Assembly: GCA_044229975.1 (NCBI GenBank)
Contig: JBGARZ010000002.1
Location: 608,001-672,000 of the forward strand
Source: Polyangiales bacterium
Lineage (GTDB): Bacteria > Myxococcota_A > Polyangia > Polyangiales > Ga0077539
DNA: 64,000 nucleotides
Reading direction: 5' to 3'
The translations under genes and the position numbers were made by a program. The notes under the pieces are model-generated. The model saw only the letters and a list, made by a program, of their open reading frames with translations. It did no database searches and had not been told where the DNA came from. Shown piece after piece: positions 11,348 to 20,280 of this stretch (position 1 is the first letter of the stretch; each line of letters opens with the position of its first letter).

Positions 11348-12280
11348 CTACGGGCGGACGGCGCTGACGGTCGTCGGCGGCATGGTGCTCGGGGCGGCCG
11401 CGCCCACCACGGTGCGCGGGGGGTTGGACGCGGGCGACACGACGATCTCCACGCGGCGGTTGTTGGCGCGACCCTCGGGGGTCTCGTTGGGCGCCACGGG
11501 GCGCGTCGGACCCATGCCCGCCGCCTCGATCTGCGACTCGGGGATGCCGCGCGAGATCAGGTAGCTGCGCACGGACTGGGCGCGCGCGAGCGAGAGCGCC
11601 TGGTTGTCGGCGGCCGAGCCGCGCGAGTCGGTGTGCCCCTCCACCACGAGGTGGCGTCCACCCTGATCGATCAGACCGCGCGCGACCTGGTCGAGCCGCT
11701 GCTGGGCGATGGGAAGGAGCGCCGACTGACCCGTCGCGAAGAGCACCTCGCCCGAGAGGGTGATGACGGTTCCGCGCTGCTCCTCGCGCACCGCGGCGAC
11801 GCGGCGGAGGCTCTCCAGCGCAGCGGCGGCCTGACGCTCGGCCTCGGCCCGACGCTGCTGCTCGGTGGCGAGCTGCTGCGCGGTCTGCGCCTGCGTCTCA
11901 CGGGACTGCTGAAGCGCGGTACGCGCCTGCGCGAGCTGCTCCCCCGTGAGCTGCTGCGCGGTCTGCTGCGCGCCCTGGCGCTCCTGCTCGGCCTGCATCG
12001 CCTCGCCGCGGGCCTCGACGGTCTGGGCGCGGCGCAGAGCCACGTAGGAGAGGTCGCGGGTCACATCGGAGCCGGGCTCGGCGGCGTAGCTGCGCTCGGC
12101 GCGGTCGAGGTCCTGCTGGGCGTTGTGCAGGTCGACGAGGGCGAGGCGGGCCGCGGGGCCGTTGCTCGCGCGGGTCATGGAGGCGCGCGCTTCGATGAGC
12201 TCACGCGGGGCCGCGGAGCTGGAGGCGCAGCCGTTGAGAGCGAGGACGCCGAGGGCGGTCGACAAGAGGATGTACTTCAT
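11348..12280 (-). CDS. OmpA-family lipoprotein with N-terminal DUF4398-like coiled coil
   Basis: Lipobox LNGC; VLFATG, VEGHTDSRGS, LSLARA and NRRVEI motifs. Confidence 0.9.
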   Translation of the reverse strand: MKYILLSTALGVLALNGCASSSAAPRELIEARASMTRASNGPAARLALVDLHNAQQDLDRAERSYAAEPGSDVTRDLSYVALRRAQTVEARGEAMQAEQERQGAQQTAQQLTGEQLAQARTALQQSRETQAQTAQQLATEQQRRAEAERQAAAALESLRRVAAVREEQRGTVITLSGEVLFATGQSALLPIAQQRLDQVARGLIDQGGRHLVVEGHTDSRGSAADNQALSLARAQSVRSYLISRGIPESQIEAAGMGPTRPVAPNETPEGRANNRRVEIVVSPASNPPRTVVGAAAPSTMPPTTVSAVRP

Positions 12281-12297
12281 GGTGCTGCTCCGTTGCT

Positions 12298-12657
12298 TCA
12301 CTGAACCGGGGACTGGGCCTGGACCTCACGCACCTGCGTGCTGGCCTGCATGGCGGCGGCCATCGCGGTGGTGCGACGCGAGAGCGCCAACGCGAGGTCG
12401 GCGTCGGCTTCGGCGCGCGCCAGGACACGCTCGGCGCGCTCGCCCTCACCGTCTCGCGAGAGGGTCTCCGCCTGCGCGAACTGCTCGCGGGCGTACTGGA
12501 GATGCAGCGCTGCGGTGGGGTTCTGCTCCGCGCCCACTTCGCGCGCCGCGCGGATGGCGGCCTGGGCCGAGCCCATGCGCGCCGACGAGGCGGTGGTGCC
12601 TGCGCAGGCGGCGAGGCCGAGCGCGGGAAGGATCAACCATCGAGGGAGTGTGTTCAT
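12298..12657 (-). CDS. DUF4398-like lipoprotein
   Basis: Lipobox LAAC; AAIRAAREVGA...LQYAREQ...RAEADADLA. Typical tandem partner of OmpA. SD AGGAG upstream. Confidence 0.8.
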   Translation of the reverse strand: MNTLPRWLILPALGLAACAGTTASSARMGSAQAAIRAAREVGAEQNPTAALHLQYAREQFAQAETLSRDGEGERAERVLARAEADADLALALSRRTTAMAAAMQASTQVREVQAQSPVQ

Positions 12658-12693
12658 GTTGGATTGGCTCCTGTTGGGGTCTGCCCGCACCAA

Positions 12694-12709
12694 TCCAAGG
12701 TCTGTGCCG
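12694..12709 (-). promoter_or_regulatory. Possible sigma54 -24/-12 promoter (variant -12) for DUF4398-OmpA
   Basis: Minus strand reads CGGCAC-AGACC-TTGGA; consensus is TGGCAC-N5-TTGCW. Confidence 0.4.
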
Positions 12710-12940
12710 CCCGCTCCGACGTGCGCGAATCACACTGGATACCCAGGGGCGATCGCGACGCTGCGCGCCGTGACGGAATGGTGGCGATCGTAGGCGCCGC
12801 CGCGCGTCCGCCACACGACCGTGACCCACGTGAGCGGATACGCCCCACGTCATGGGTCGGAGCCGCGAAGGTGGACTCTCGTCGCGTCGACGGTGATAGG
12901 GTCCGCGCCCCCGACCACTCCCACCGAAGACGGTGCCCCG

Positions 12941-15900
12941 ATGCGTCTCCTGCGTTCGTCCGTGATCGTGCTCCTCTCCCTCGCGGCCTGCTCCAGCGAC
13001 CCCCAACCGATCAACACACCCGACGGCGGCACCGCCACCGACGCGGGCACTGACGCGGGCACCGACGGCAGCAGCGCGCCCGACGTCGTCACCGGCGATC
13101 GCCCGCCGACGGGCGACGGCGGCGTCGTCACCCGCCCGGAACCCCGCATCACCACCTGTCCTGGCGCCTCGGCTCCGTCGCTCGCGTCGGGCACCTGCGC
13201 CGTCACCGCAGGCAGCGCCGCGCTCCTGATCACGGGCGACGTGCTCACGCCGGGTGAGGTGTTTCGCGGCGGCCAGGTGCTCGTCGACACCGCGGGCGTC
13301 ATCCGCTGCGTGGGCTGCGACTGCTCCACCTCCGAAGGCGCCGCGGGCGCGACCGCCGTGGTGTGCCCCGACGGCGTCGTGTCGCCCGGCCTCATCAACG
13401 CGCACGACCACCTCACCTTCGCGCAGAACCCGCCGTACAACCGCACCGCCGAGCGCTACGAGCACCGCCACGACTGGCGCCGTGGCGCGCGCGGCCACAC
13501 GCGCCTCTCGTCCGCGGGCAGCGCCAGCAACGATCAGGTCGCGTGGGGCGAGCTGCGCTTCGTCCTCGGCGGCGCCACCTCCGTCAACGGCTCGGGCGGC
13601 GTCGCGGGCTTCCTGCGCAACCTCGACCGCGCGACGCAGGACGGCCTCGGCCAGCCGGTGGTTCGCTACGAGACCTTCCCCCTCGGCGACTCCGGCGGCG
13701 AGACGCTGTCCATGGGCTGCGGCTACCCCTCCATCGACACCGCGATGGAGATCGCCAACGTCGACGCGTACACGCCCCACGTCGCCGAAGGGATCGGCGC
13801 CGAGGCGCGCAACGAGTTCACCTGCATCCGCATGGGGGCCAACGACCTGGTGGCGCCGCAGAGCGCCTTCGTCCACGGCGTCGGTCTGCTCCCGCCCGAC
13901 ATCGCCGAGATGGCCACGCAGGGCACCGCGCTCATCTGGTCGCCGCGCTCCAACGTGACCCTCTACGGCGACACCGCGCGCGTCACCGAGTACGCCCGCC
14001 TCGGGGTTCCCATCGCCCTCGGCTCCGACTGGCTCATCAGCGGCTCCATGAACATGCTCCGCGAGCTGCGCTGCGCCGACACCCTCGACACCAACTTCTT
14101 CGGCGACTTCTTCACCGACGAGGCGCTCTGGCTCATGGCCACCCGCGACGCCGCGGCCGCCCTCGCCGTCGACGACGCCGTCGGCATCATCGCCACCGGT
14201 CGCGTCGCCGACCTCGCCATCTTCAACGGCGCCACCCACCACGATCACCGCGCCGTCATCGACGCGGCGCCCGGCGACGTGGTGCTGGTGCTGCGCGGCG
14301 GCGCGGCCCTCTACGGCGACGCGCCCGTCGTCAGCGGCCTCGCGGGCGGTGCGATGTGCGACACGCTCGACGTGTGCGGCGTCGCCAAGCGCGTCTGCGT
14401 CTCGCGCGACCTCGGCGGGCGCACCCTCGCGGCGCTCACCAGCGCCAACTCCACGCGCTACCCCCTCTTCTTCTGCGGCGAGCCGATGAACGAGCCGTCG
14501 TGCCTCCCCGAGCGCAACGCCATGGGTTCGCTGCCCAACCCGGTGGTGGCGGGGTCGACCCGCTACACCGGCGTCTCCAGCGCCGACGACATGGACGGTG
14601 ACGGCGTGCTCAACGCGATGGACGACTGCCCGCGCGTCTTCAACCCGGTGCGCCCGGTCGACAACGGGACGCAGGGCGACGCCGACCGCGACGGCGTGGG
14701 CGACGCGTGCGACCCCTGCCCCCTCACCCCCGACTCGACGACCTGCGCCGCGCCCGACCCCAACGACCGCGACGGCGACGGCACCTCCAACGAGCGCGAC
14801 AACTGCCCCGACGCGCGCAACTCCGACCAGGCCGACCGTGACATGGACGGCCGCGGCGACGTCTGCGACCCCTGCCCCACGGCCGCCAACCCCAACGGCG
14901 CCGCCTGCCCCGCCAGCGTGTACGCCATCAAGACCGCCATGGTCGCGATGGGCTCGCGCGTGACCGTCACCGGCCCCGTGGTGACGGCCGTCTCGCGCAA
15001 CGGCTTCTACGCCCAGGTGGCGCCCGGCGACCCGCTCTACACGGCGCCCGAAAACTCCGGGATCTTCGTCTTCACGGGCACCGCCCCGATGGTCACCGTG
15101 GGCGACCGGGTCACCATCGGCAACGCGCTCATCGCCGACTTCTTCGGGCAGATCCAGCTCTCGGGCGCCACCGTCACGGCGACCTCGCGCGGCGTCACGC
15201 TGCCGCCTCCGGTCGCGGCGACGCCCGCGGAGGTCACCACCGGCGGAACGCGCGCGACGGCGCTCGAAGGCGTGCTCGTGCGCGTCAGCGACGTGACCGT
15301 CACCAACCCCACGCCCGCTCCCCTCGGCGGCGACACGGCGCCGACCAACGAGTTCGAGGTGAGCGGCGGCCTACGCGTCGACGATGGCCTCTACCTCACG
15401 GCCCCATTCCCGGTGATGGACGAGCGCTTCGCCTCCATTACGGGCGTGCTCTACCTCGCGCGCAGCAGCTCGAAGCTCAACCCGCGCTCGGCCGACGACC
15501 TCGTCGCGGGCGCCGCGCAGCTCGCGGCCTTCCCGACCACGACGGTGTTCGCCCGGGTCGGCGCGACGGCGGCTCCGACCTTCCCGACCGAACTCGCGGT
15601 GCAGCTCACGCGCGCCGTGGCCACTGCCAGCACCGTCACGGTGACGTCGAGCGACCCGGGCCTCGTGGTCGCCGACGTGGTGATCCCCGCCGGCATGACG
15701 CGCGTGGTGATTCCGGTGACGGGCGTCACGGCTTCGGCCACGGCGTACACGCTCACGGCGACGCTCGGCGCCTCCACGCGCACGGCGCAGGTGCGGGTGC
15801 TCGGGGCCACGGAGGTTCCGCGGCTCTCGTCGCTGACGCCCGCGATGAGCACGGCTTCGCTCGGCGCGACGACGACGCTCACCGTCACGCTCGACATTCC

Positions 15901-16639
15901 GGCGCCGCCCGGCGGCACCCCGGTGATGCTCGCCAGCACCGCCGGTGGAACGCTCCCCGCCATGGTGCTCGTCCCCGCTGGAGCGCTCACCGCGGACGTG
16001 GTGTTCACCGCCGGGTCTGCCGTCGCGACGGCGACCGTCACGGCGACCCTCGGCGCCGACACGCGCACCGCCATGGTGTCGGTGGTCGAGGCCCCATCGG
16101 GTGGCCTCGTCATCAACGAGGTCGACTACGACCAGGTCGGCACCGACAACGGCGAGTTCGTCGAGATCTTCAACGGCACCCTCGCGCCCATCGACCTCTC
16201 CACGGTGGTGCTGGTGCTGGTCAACGGATCCAACAGCCGCGAGTACGGCCGCGTCGCCCTCTCTGGAACGCTCGCTCCCGGTGCGTACGCGGTGGTGGCC
16301 AACGCGGGCGTGACCCTCCCCGCGGGCGTGGCGCGCTTCGCGATGGCCAACGACACCCTCCAGAACGGCGCGCCCGACGGCGTCGCGCTCATCAACACGG
16401 CGACGGCCGCGCTCATCGACGCGCTCTCCTACGAGGGCCCCATGAGCGCCGCGACCATCACCGGCGTCACCGGCACCGTGAGCCTCGTCGAAGGCACCGT
16501 GCTCGCGACGACCGTGGCCGACTCCAACACCGCCGTCGCCTCGCTGGCGCGGCTGCCCAACGGCGCCGACACCGACGACGCCGCGACCGACTGGCGCTTG
16601 TCCAACCGGCCGACGCCGGGCGCCGTCAACGCTCCTTGA
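12941..16639 (+). CDS. Large lipoprotein: amidohydrolase + thrombospondin type 3 repeats + OB-fold-like + Ig-like + lamin-tail domain
   Basis: Lipobox LAAC. PGLINAHDH, HVAEG, FVHG and ALGSDW metal motifs. DxDGDGV..DNCP repeats. VTAVSRNGFYAQ/SGIFVFTG and ALEGVLVRV (nuclease-type OB). VINEVDYDQ.GTD.GEFVEIFN (LTD), ending PTPGA.N. Confidence 0.85.
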   Translation: MRLLRSSVIVLLSLAACSSDPQPINTPDGGTATDAGTDAGTDGSSAPDVVTGDRPPTGDGGVVTRPEPRITTCPGASAPSLASGTCAVTAGSAALLITGDVLTPGEVFRGGQVLVDTAGVIRCVGCDCSTSEGAAGATAVVCPDGVVSPGLINAHDHLTFAQNPPYNRTAERYEHRHDWRRGARGHTRLSSAGSASNDQVAWGELRFVLGGATSVNGSGGVAGFLRNLDRATQDGLGQPVVRYETFPLGDSGGETLSMGCGYPSIDTAMEIANVDAYTPHVAEGIGAEARNEFTCIRMGANDLVAPQSAFVHGVGLLPPDIAEMATQGTALIWSPRSNVTLYGDTARVTEYARLGVPIALGSDWLISGSMNMLRELRCADTLDTNFFGDFFTDEALWLMATRDAAAALAVDDAVGIIATGRVADLAIFNGATHHDHRAVIDAAPGDVVLVLRGGAALYGDAPVVSGLAGGAMCDTLDVCGVAKRVCVSRDLGGRTLAALTSANSTRYPLFFCGEPMNEPSCLPERNAMGSLPNPVVAGSTRYTGVSSADDMDGDGVLNAMDDCPRVFNPVRPVDNGTQGDADRDGVGDACDPCPLTPDSTTCAAPDPNDRDGDGTSNERDNCPDARNSDQADRDMDGRGDVCDPCPTAANPNGAACPASVYAIKTAMVAMGSRVTVTGPVVTAVSRNGFYAQVAPGDPLYTAPENSGIFVFTGTAPMVTVGDRVTIGNALIADFFGQIQLSGATVTATSRGVTLPPPVAATPAEVTTGGTRATALEGVLVRVSDVTVTNPTPAPLGGDTAPTNEFEVSGGLRVDDGLYLTAPFPVMDERFASITGVLYLARSSSKLNPRSADDLVAGAAQLAAFPTTTVFARVGATAAPTFPTELAVQLTRAVATASTVTVTSSDPGLVVADVVIPAGMTRVVIPVTGVTASATAYTLTATLGASTRTAQVRVLGATEVPRLSSLTPAMSTASLGATTTLTVTLDIPAPPGGTPVMLASTAGGTLPAMVLVPAGALTADVVFTAGSAVATATVTATLGADTRTAMVSVVEAPSGGLVINEVDYDQVGTDNGEFVEIFNGTLAPIDLSTVVLVLVNGSNSREYGRVALSGTLAPGAYAVVANAGVTLPAGVARFAMANDTLQNGAPDGVALINTATAALIDALSYEGPMSAATITGVTGTVSLVEGTVLATTVADSNTAVASLARLPNGADTDDAATDWRLSNRPTPGAVNAP

Positions 16640-16640
16640 T

Positions 16641-17108
16641 TCAGAACGTCGTGCGCACGCGGTTGGTCCCCTCGGGGACCGGTCGCGGCTCGTCGGCGCG
16701 GCGGTCTTCCTTCACCACCTCGGCGTCGGGCGTGCGGTGCCCGAGCGCCGCTTCGATCATGTCGCGCGCCTGCTCGGGCGTCTGGTCGGAAGCCTCCACG
16801 ATGATGCGCTTGAACTCGTCGTGCTGGAGCTCGATGACGAGGGCGTTGTTCTCGTCGTGGACGTCGCAGAACACGTTGCCCGAACCGTCGGCCATCAGCA
16901 GCGTGCCCGCCACGATGAGCCCGGTGTGGCGCACGCCGCGAAACTGCGACCCCACGGGCATGTACATCACCTTTGAGATGTCGGGCCGCGCGGTGACGCT
17001 GACGATGTGGGCCAGCGGGACGGTGATCGAGCTCCGCAGCGCGAACACCTTGTCGAGGCCCTCCATGTTCACGGTGAGCGCCTGATCCTTGATCGCGAGT
17101 GTTGCCAT
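16641..17108 (-). CDS. Hypothetical protein (possibly PH-like fold)
   Basis: GGAGG SD upstream of MATLAIK. Coding-like composition; DKVFALRSSITVPLAHI segment. Confidence 0.7.
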   Translation of the reverse strand: MATLAIKDQALTVNMEGLDKVFALRSSITVPLAHIVSVTARPDISKVMYMPVGSQFRGVRHTGLIVAGTLLMADGSGNVFCDVHDENNALVIELQHDEFKRIIVEASDQTPEQARDMIEAALGHRTPDAEVVKEDRRADEPRPVPEGTNRVRTTF

Positions 17109-17207
17109 GAGCGGCCTCCGTGTCGGCGCTCCCATCGCTCCGCCAGGAGCTTGATGAGCGGCGCGCCTACGGGTCTGCCTGTTGCCACCCCGGCGTAGCG
17201 TCAAGGC

Positions 17208-18575
17208 TCACCCCAGGGGGCGCTGCCGCACGATCATTCGCATCCCGTGCTTGGGCACCAGCGTGACGCGCGGCTGCACCTCGACCGGGTGACCGGGCAC
17301 CAGCGACAGCCGATGCCGCTGCATCAGCACCGCCAACAGCAGCCTCGCCTCGACCATCGCAAACGAGCGCCCGATGCACGCCCGCGGACCCGCGCCGAAG
17401 GGCAGCCACGCGAGCTTCGGCAGCGCGGCCTCACCCTCCGGCGAGAAACGCTCGGGACGAAACGCCGCGTGGTCGGCGAACCATCTCGGGTCGCGATGGG
17501 TCATGTAGATCCACAGCACCACCTCGCTGCCCTTCGGAACAGCGTGCCCGCCGATCTCCGTGTCCTCGGCCGCCTGTCGCGCGACCATGTACACGGGCGG
17601 ATAGAGCCGCATCGACTCCTTGATGACCTGCTCGGTGTACGGCAGCGCATCGAGGTCGGCGAGCGTGGGCAGCCGGCCGCCCAGCACACCATCGAGCTCG
17701 GCGTGCAGCGCGCTCTCCGCGGATGGGTTCTGCGAGAGCAGGTACAGCGTCCAGGTGAGGGCGTGCGACGTGGTCTCATGCCCGGCGAGGAAGAGCGTCA
17801 CGAGCTGGTCGCGCATCTCCCGCAGCGAGAGCCCCTGTCCGTCGCCCTCGTCATCGCGGGCGTCGACGAGCATCTGGAGCAGGTCGCTGCGACCGCCAGC
17901 GCCCAAGCCCTCGGCGCGGCGGCGCTCGATCATTCCGTGGATGATGCGATCGAGCGTCGCGACGGCGCGGTCGAGCCTCCGTCGCCACGGCGACGGGACC
18001 CACTTCGGGAGGAAGTCAGGCACCGAGAGCGAGTCCTGAAACGCCGTCATCGCCCCCGCGACGTCGCCCACGTCGCCGCTCGCGTCGTGGCCGAAGAGCG
18101 TTCGTCCGACCACGCGCAACGTGAGGGCCATCATGTCCGTGGAGAGGTCGCGCTCCTCACCGTCGCGCCATTGCGCGGTGGTGCGGGCGGCCTCGTCGAC
18201 CATGGCCGCGGCGTAGCCCTCCATGCGAGCGCGAGCGAAGGCGGGCTGCACCATGCGCCGCTGCCGCTGCCACGTCGCGCCGTCGCTGGTGAGCAGTCCG
18301 TCCCCGAGCACCGTGGCGAGCTGCCGGAAGGCGCTGTGGGTCTTGGTGTACTTCGCCGCGTGGGTGACGAGAACGTCTCGCAGGTGGTCGGGGTGGCGCA
18401 GCACGAAGAGGTCGCCGCGGCGGGTGGTGACCCGGTAGAGGTCGCCGTAGCGGGCGAAGCGGCCGGCCACCACGCCCAGCGGGTCGAAGAGAAATCCCGC
18501 TTGCTGGAAGAGCGCCGTCCAGCGCCCTCCAGCGGTTGGTCCGAGGAGGGTTGGCGCAGTCGGTGTCGCGGTCAT
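17208..18575 (-). CDS. Cytochrome P450
   Basis: LAGHETT (I-helix), KESMRLYPP (ExxR), FRPERF and PFGAGPRACIG (heme Cys). Confidence 0.95.
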   Translation of the reverse strand: MTATPTAPTLLGPTAGGRWTALFQQAGFLFDPLGVVAGRFARYGDLYRVTTRRGDLFVLRHPDHLRDVLVTHAAKYTKTHSAFRQLATVLGDGLLTSDGATWQRQRRMVQPAFARARMEGYAAAMVDEAARTTAQWRDGEERDLSTDMMALTLRVVGRTLFGHDASGDVGDVAGAMTAFQDSLSVPDFLPKWVPSPWRRRLDRAVATLDRIIHGMIERRRAEGLGAGGRSDLLQMLVDARDDEGDGQGLSLREMRDQLVTLFLAGHETTSHALTWTLYLLSQNPSAESALHAELDGVLGGRLPTLADLDALPYTEQVIKESMRLYPPVYMVARQAAEDTEIGGHAVPKGSEVVLWIYMTHRDPRWFADHAAFRPERFSPEGEAALPKLAWLPFGAGPRACIGRSFAMVEARLLLAVLMQRHRLSLVPGHPVEVQPRVTLVPKHGMRMIVRQRPLG

Positions 18576-20188
18576 CGCGCGGAGGGTACGCGCGTCGGCT
18601 CGTCGGGTCGCGGGGGGTCGTCGGCCTCCGCACGGGAGATGGAGCCGTCACCATCGTCGTCGAGCGCCCGCAGGATTCCATCGACGAGCAGTGGCGATGG
18701 CACGCTGCCCGTGGTCTCCGCGAGGGCCTCCCGCAGCTCGGACTTCGACACCGCCTTGTCCTGGTTGGCGTCGACGCCCTCGAAGCGTCCGAGTTGTCGC
18801 CAGAGCGACATGGAGAAGGCGTCCACGACGATCATCTTCAGCTCGCGTCCGCTGTCGCGGGCTGGGATGCGCTCGGGGTGCTGCTCGGCGAAGAGGCGCA
18901 GCGGCTCGATGTGGTCCATCCCGTCGAAGAGCACCCGCACGGTCGCCACGCGGTAGTCGCGCGCGTCGTCCAGCGCCTTTCCCCCGATGGCGGTCACGGT
19001 GTCGCTCGCGTCGACCGTCACGCCGTCGTCCACCTGGAGGAAGCCCGGCGCCGGTCGCGGGGCCTTCGACCGCGACGCTGCCACGGCCTCGCGCAGCACG
19101 CGCCCCGGAACCGCCGCCACCACCACCTCGTTGGCGAAGGGCAGCTCGGACTCCAGGTCGCCGTAGGTGAACGCCTTGCTGTACTCGCGGTTGGCGCGGA
19201 TGCCGCCGCCGTTGATGAGGCACACGTCGGCGCCGAGCGCGTCGCGCACGCACGAGGCGATGAGCGTCCCGACGGAGGTCTGTCGGACGCGCGTTCCCAG
19301 GGAGGAGAGGGTCTGTCCTTCGGCGAGCGTGAGGAAGGTCGCGGCGTTGAGCGCCTTCACGGGCTGCATGTGCTGGTCGACGAGGGCGCGCAGCGAAGCG
19401 TCTTCGGGGTAGTCCGCCACGGGCACGAGGCGCACGGCGACGGTCGGCAGGTCGGGCTCGCCGACGGGTGCCACCTCGGGCCACGCGAGGTCGACCACCG
19501 CGGCATAGGCGGCATCGGCGCCCGCCTTGATGACCCACGCGCTGCCGACCTGCTCGATGTACGGCTCGTGCTCGTGCCCCGCCACCACCAGCGGAACCGG
19601 CGGGTCCCCCTGCTGCAACGCCAGCGCACGATCGCGGGCGAGCGACTGGTGCGTGAGCGCGATGACGCACGCGCAGCCCGACACGTCGGCGAGCGTCCGC
19701 GCGGTGCCGAGCACGGCGTCGTTGGCGGGCAGCATCGGCAGTCCCCCAAACGCCCCCGGGCGGTAGAGCGACGGGTCTTCGGTCACCACGCCCACGAGCC
19801 CCACGCGCACCGCGCGGGTCGCGGCGCCCTGCACCACGACGACCTCCGAGGCCGGGAGCGACGGCTCGTAGCCGGGGACGTTGGTGTTGAGCCACGTCCC
19901 ACGAAACTCCCTCACGCGCTTCGAGAGCGCCTCCGCGGGGACGTCCTGCTCGTGGTTGCCGAAGCAGGTGTGGGTGATGGGGATGGCGTTGAGGCAGTCG
20001 ATCATCCCGGCGCCTCGGTCGAGGCTCGACAGCAGGCTCGGCGCCACGAAGTCACCGGCCAGCGTGGTGAGGAGCCGGTCGGCCGGCGCCACCGTCGCCG
20101 CCTCGCGCACGAGGCTCTTCAAGCGCGGGAGGTGTTCGAGCGAATAGACGTCGTTGACGCAGACGAGGCGCAGCGTGGGTCCTGGCAT
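18572..20188 (-). CDS. 5'-nucleotidase family metallophosphoesterase with two C-terminal EF-hands
   Basis: NDVY, AGDF, FGNHE, LTH, GHEH; INGGGIR..LPFAN (5'-NT C domain); EF-hand loops DANQDKAVSKSE and DDDGDGSISRAE. Confidence 0.88.
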   Translation of the reverse strand: MPGPTLRLVCVNDVYSLEHLPRLKSLVREAATVAPADRLLTTLAGDFVAPSLLSSLDRGAGMIDCLNAIPITHTCFGNHEQDVPAEALSKRVREFRGTWLNTNVPGYEPSLPASEVVVVQGAATRAVRVGLVGVVTEDPSLYRPGAFGGLPMLPANDAVLGTARTLADVSGCACVIALTHQSLARDRALALQQGDPPVPLVVAGHEHEPYIEQVGSAWVIKAGADAAYAAVVDLAWPEVAPVGEPDLPTVAVRLVPVADYPEDASLRALVDQHMQPVKALNAATFLTLAEGQTLSSLGTRVRQTSVGTLIASCVRDALGADVCLINGGGIRANREYSKAFTYGDLESELPFANEVVVAAVPGRVLREAVAASRSKAPRPAPGFLQVDDGVTVDASDTVTAIGGKALDDARDYRVATVRVLFDGMDHIEPLRLFAEQHPERIPARDSGRELKMIVVDAFSMSLWRQLGRFEGVDANQDKAVSKSELREALAETTGSVPSPLLVDGILRALDDDGDGSISRAEADDPPRPDEPTRVPSAR

Positions 20189-20280
20189 TGGGGGTGACGA
20201 GTGTCCGCCGTCCGTCACGCGGAGGCCAGCGCGGTGAAGGGCGTTGCGGTCGTGCGTCGCATGGGCGAGACAGCCCGACA

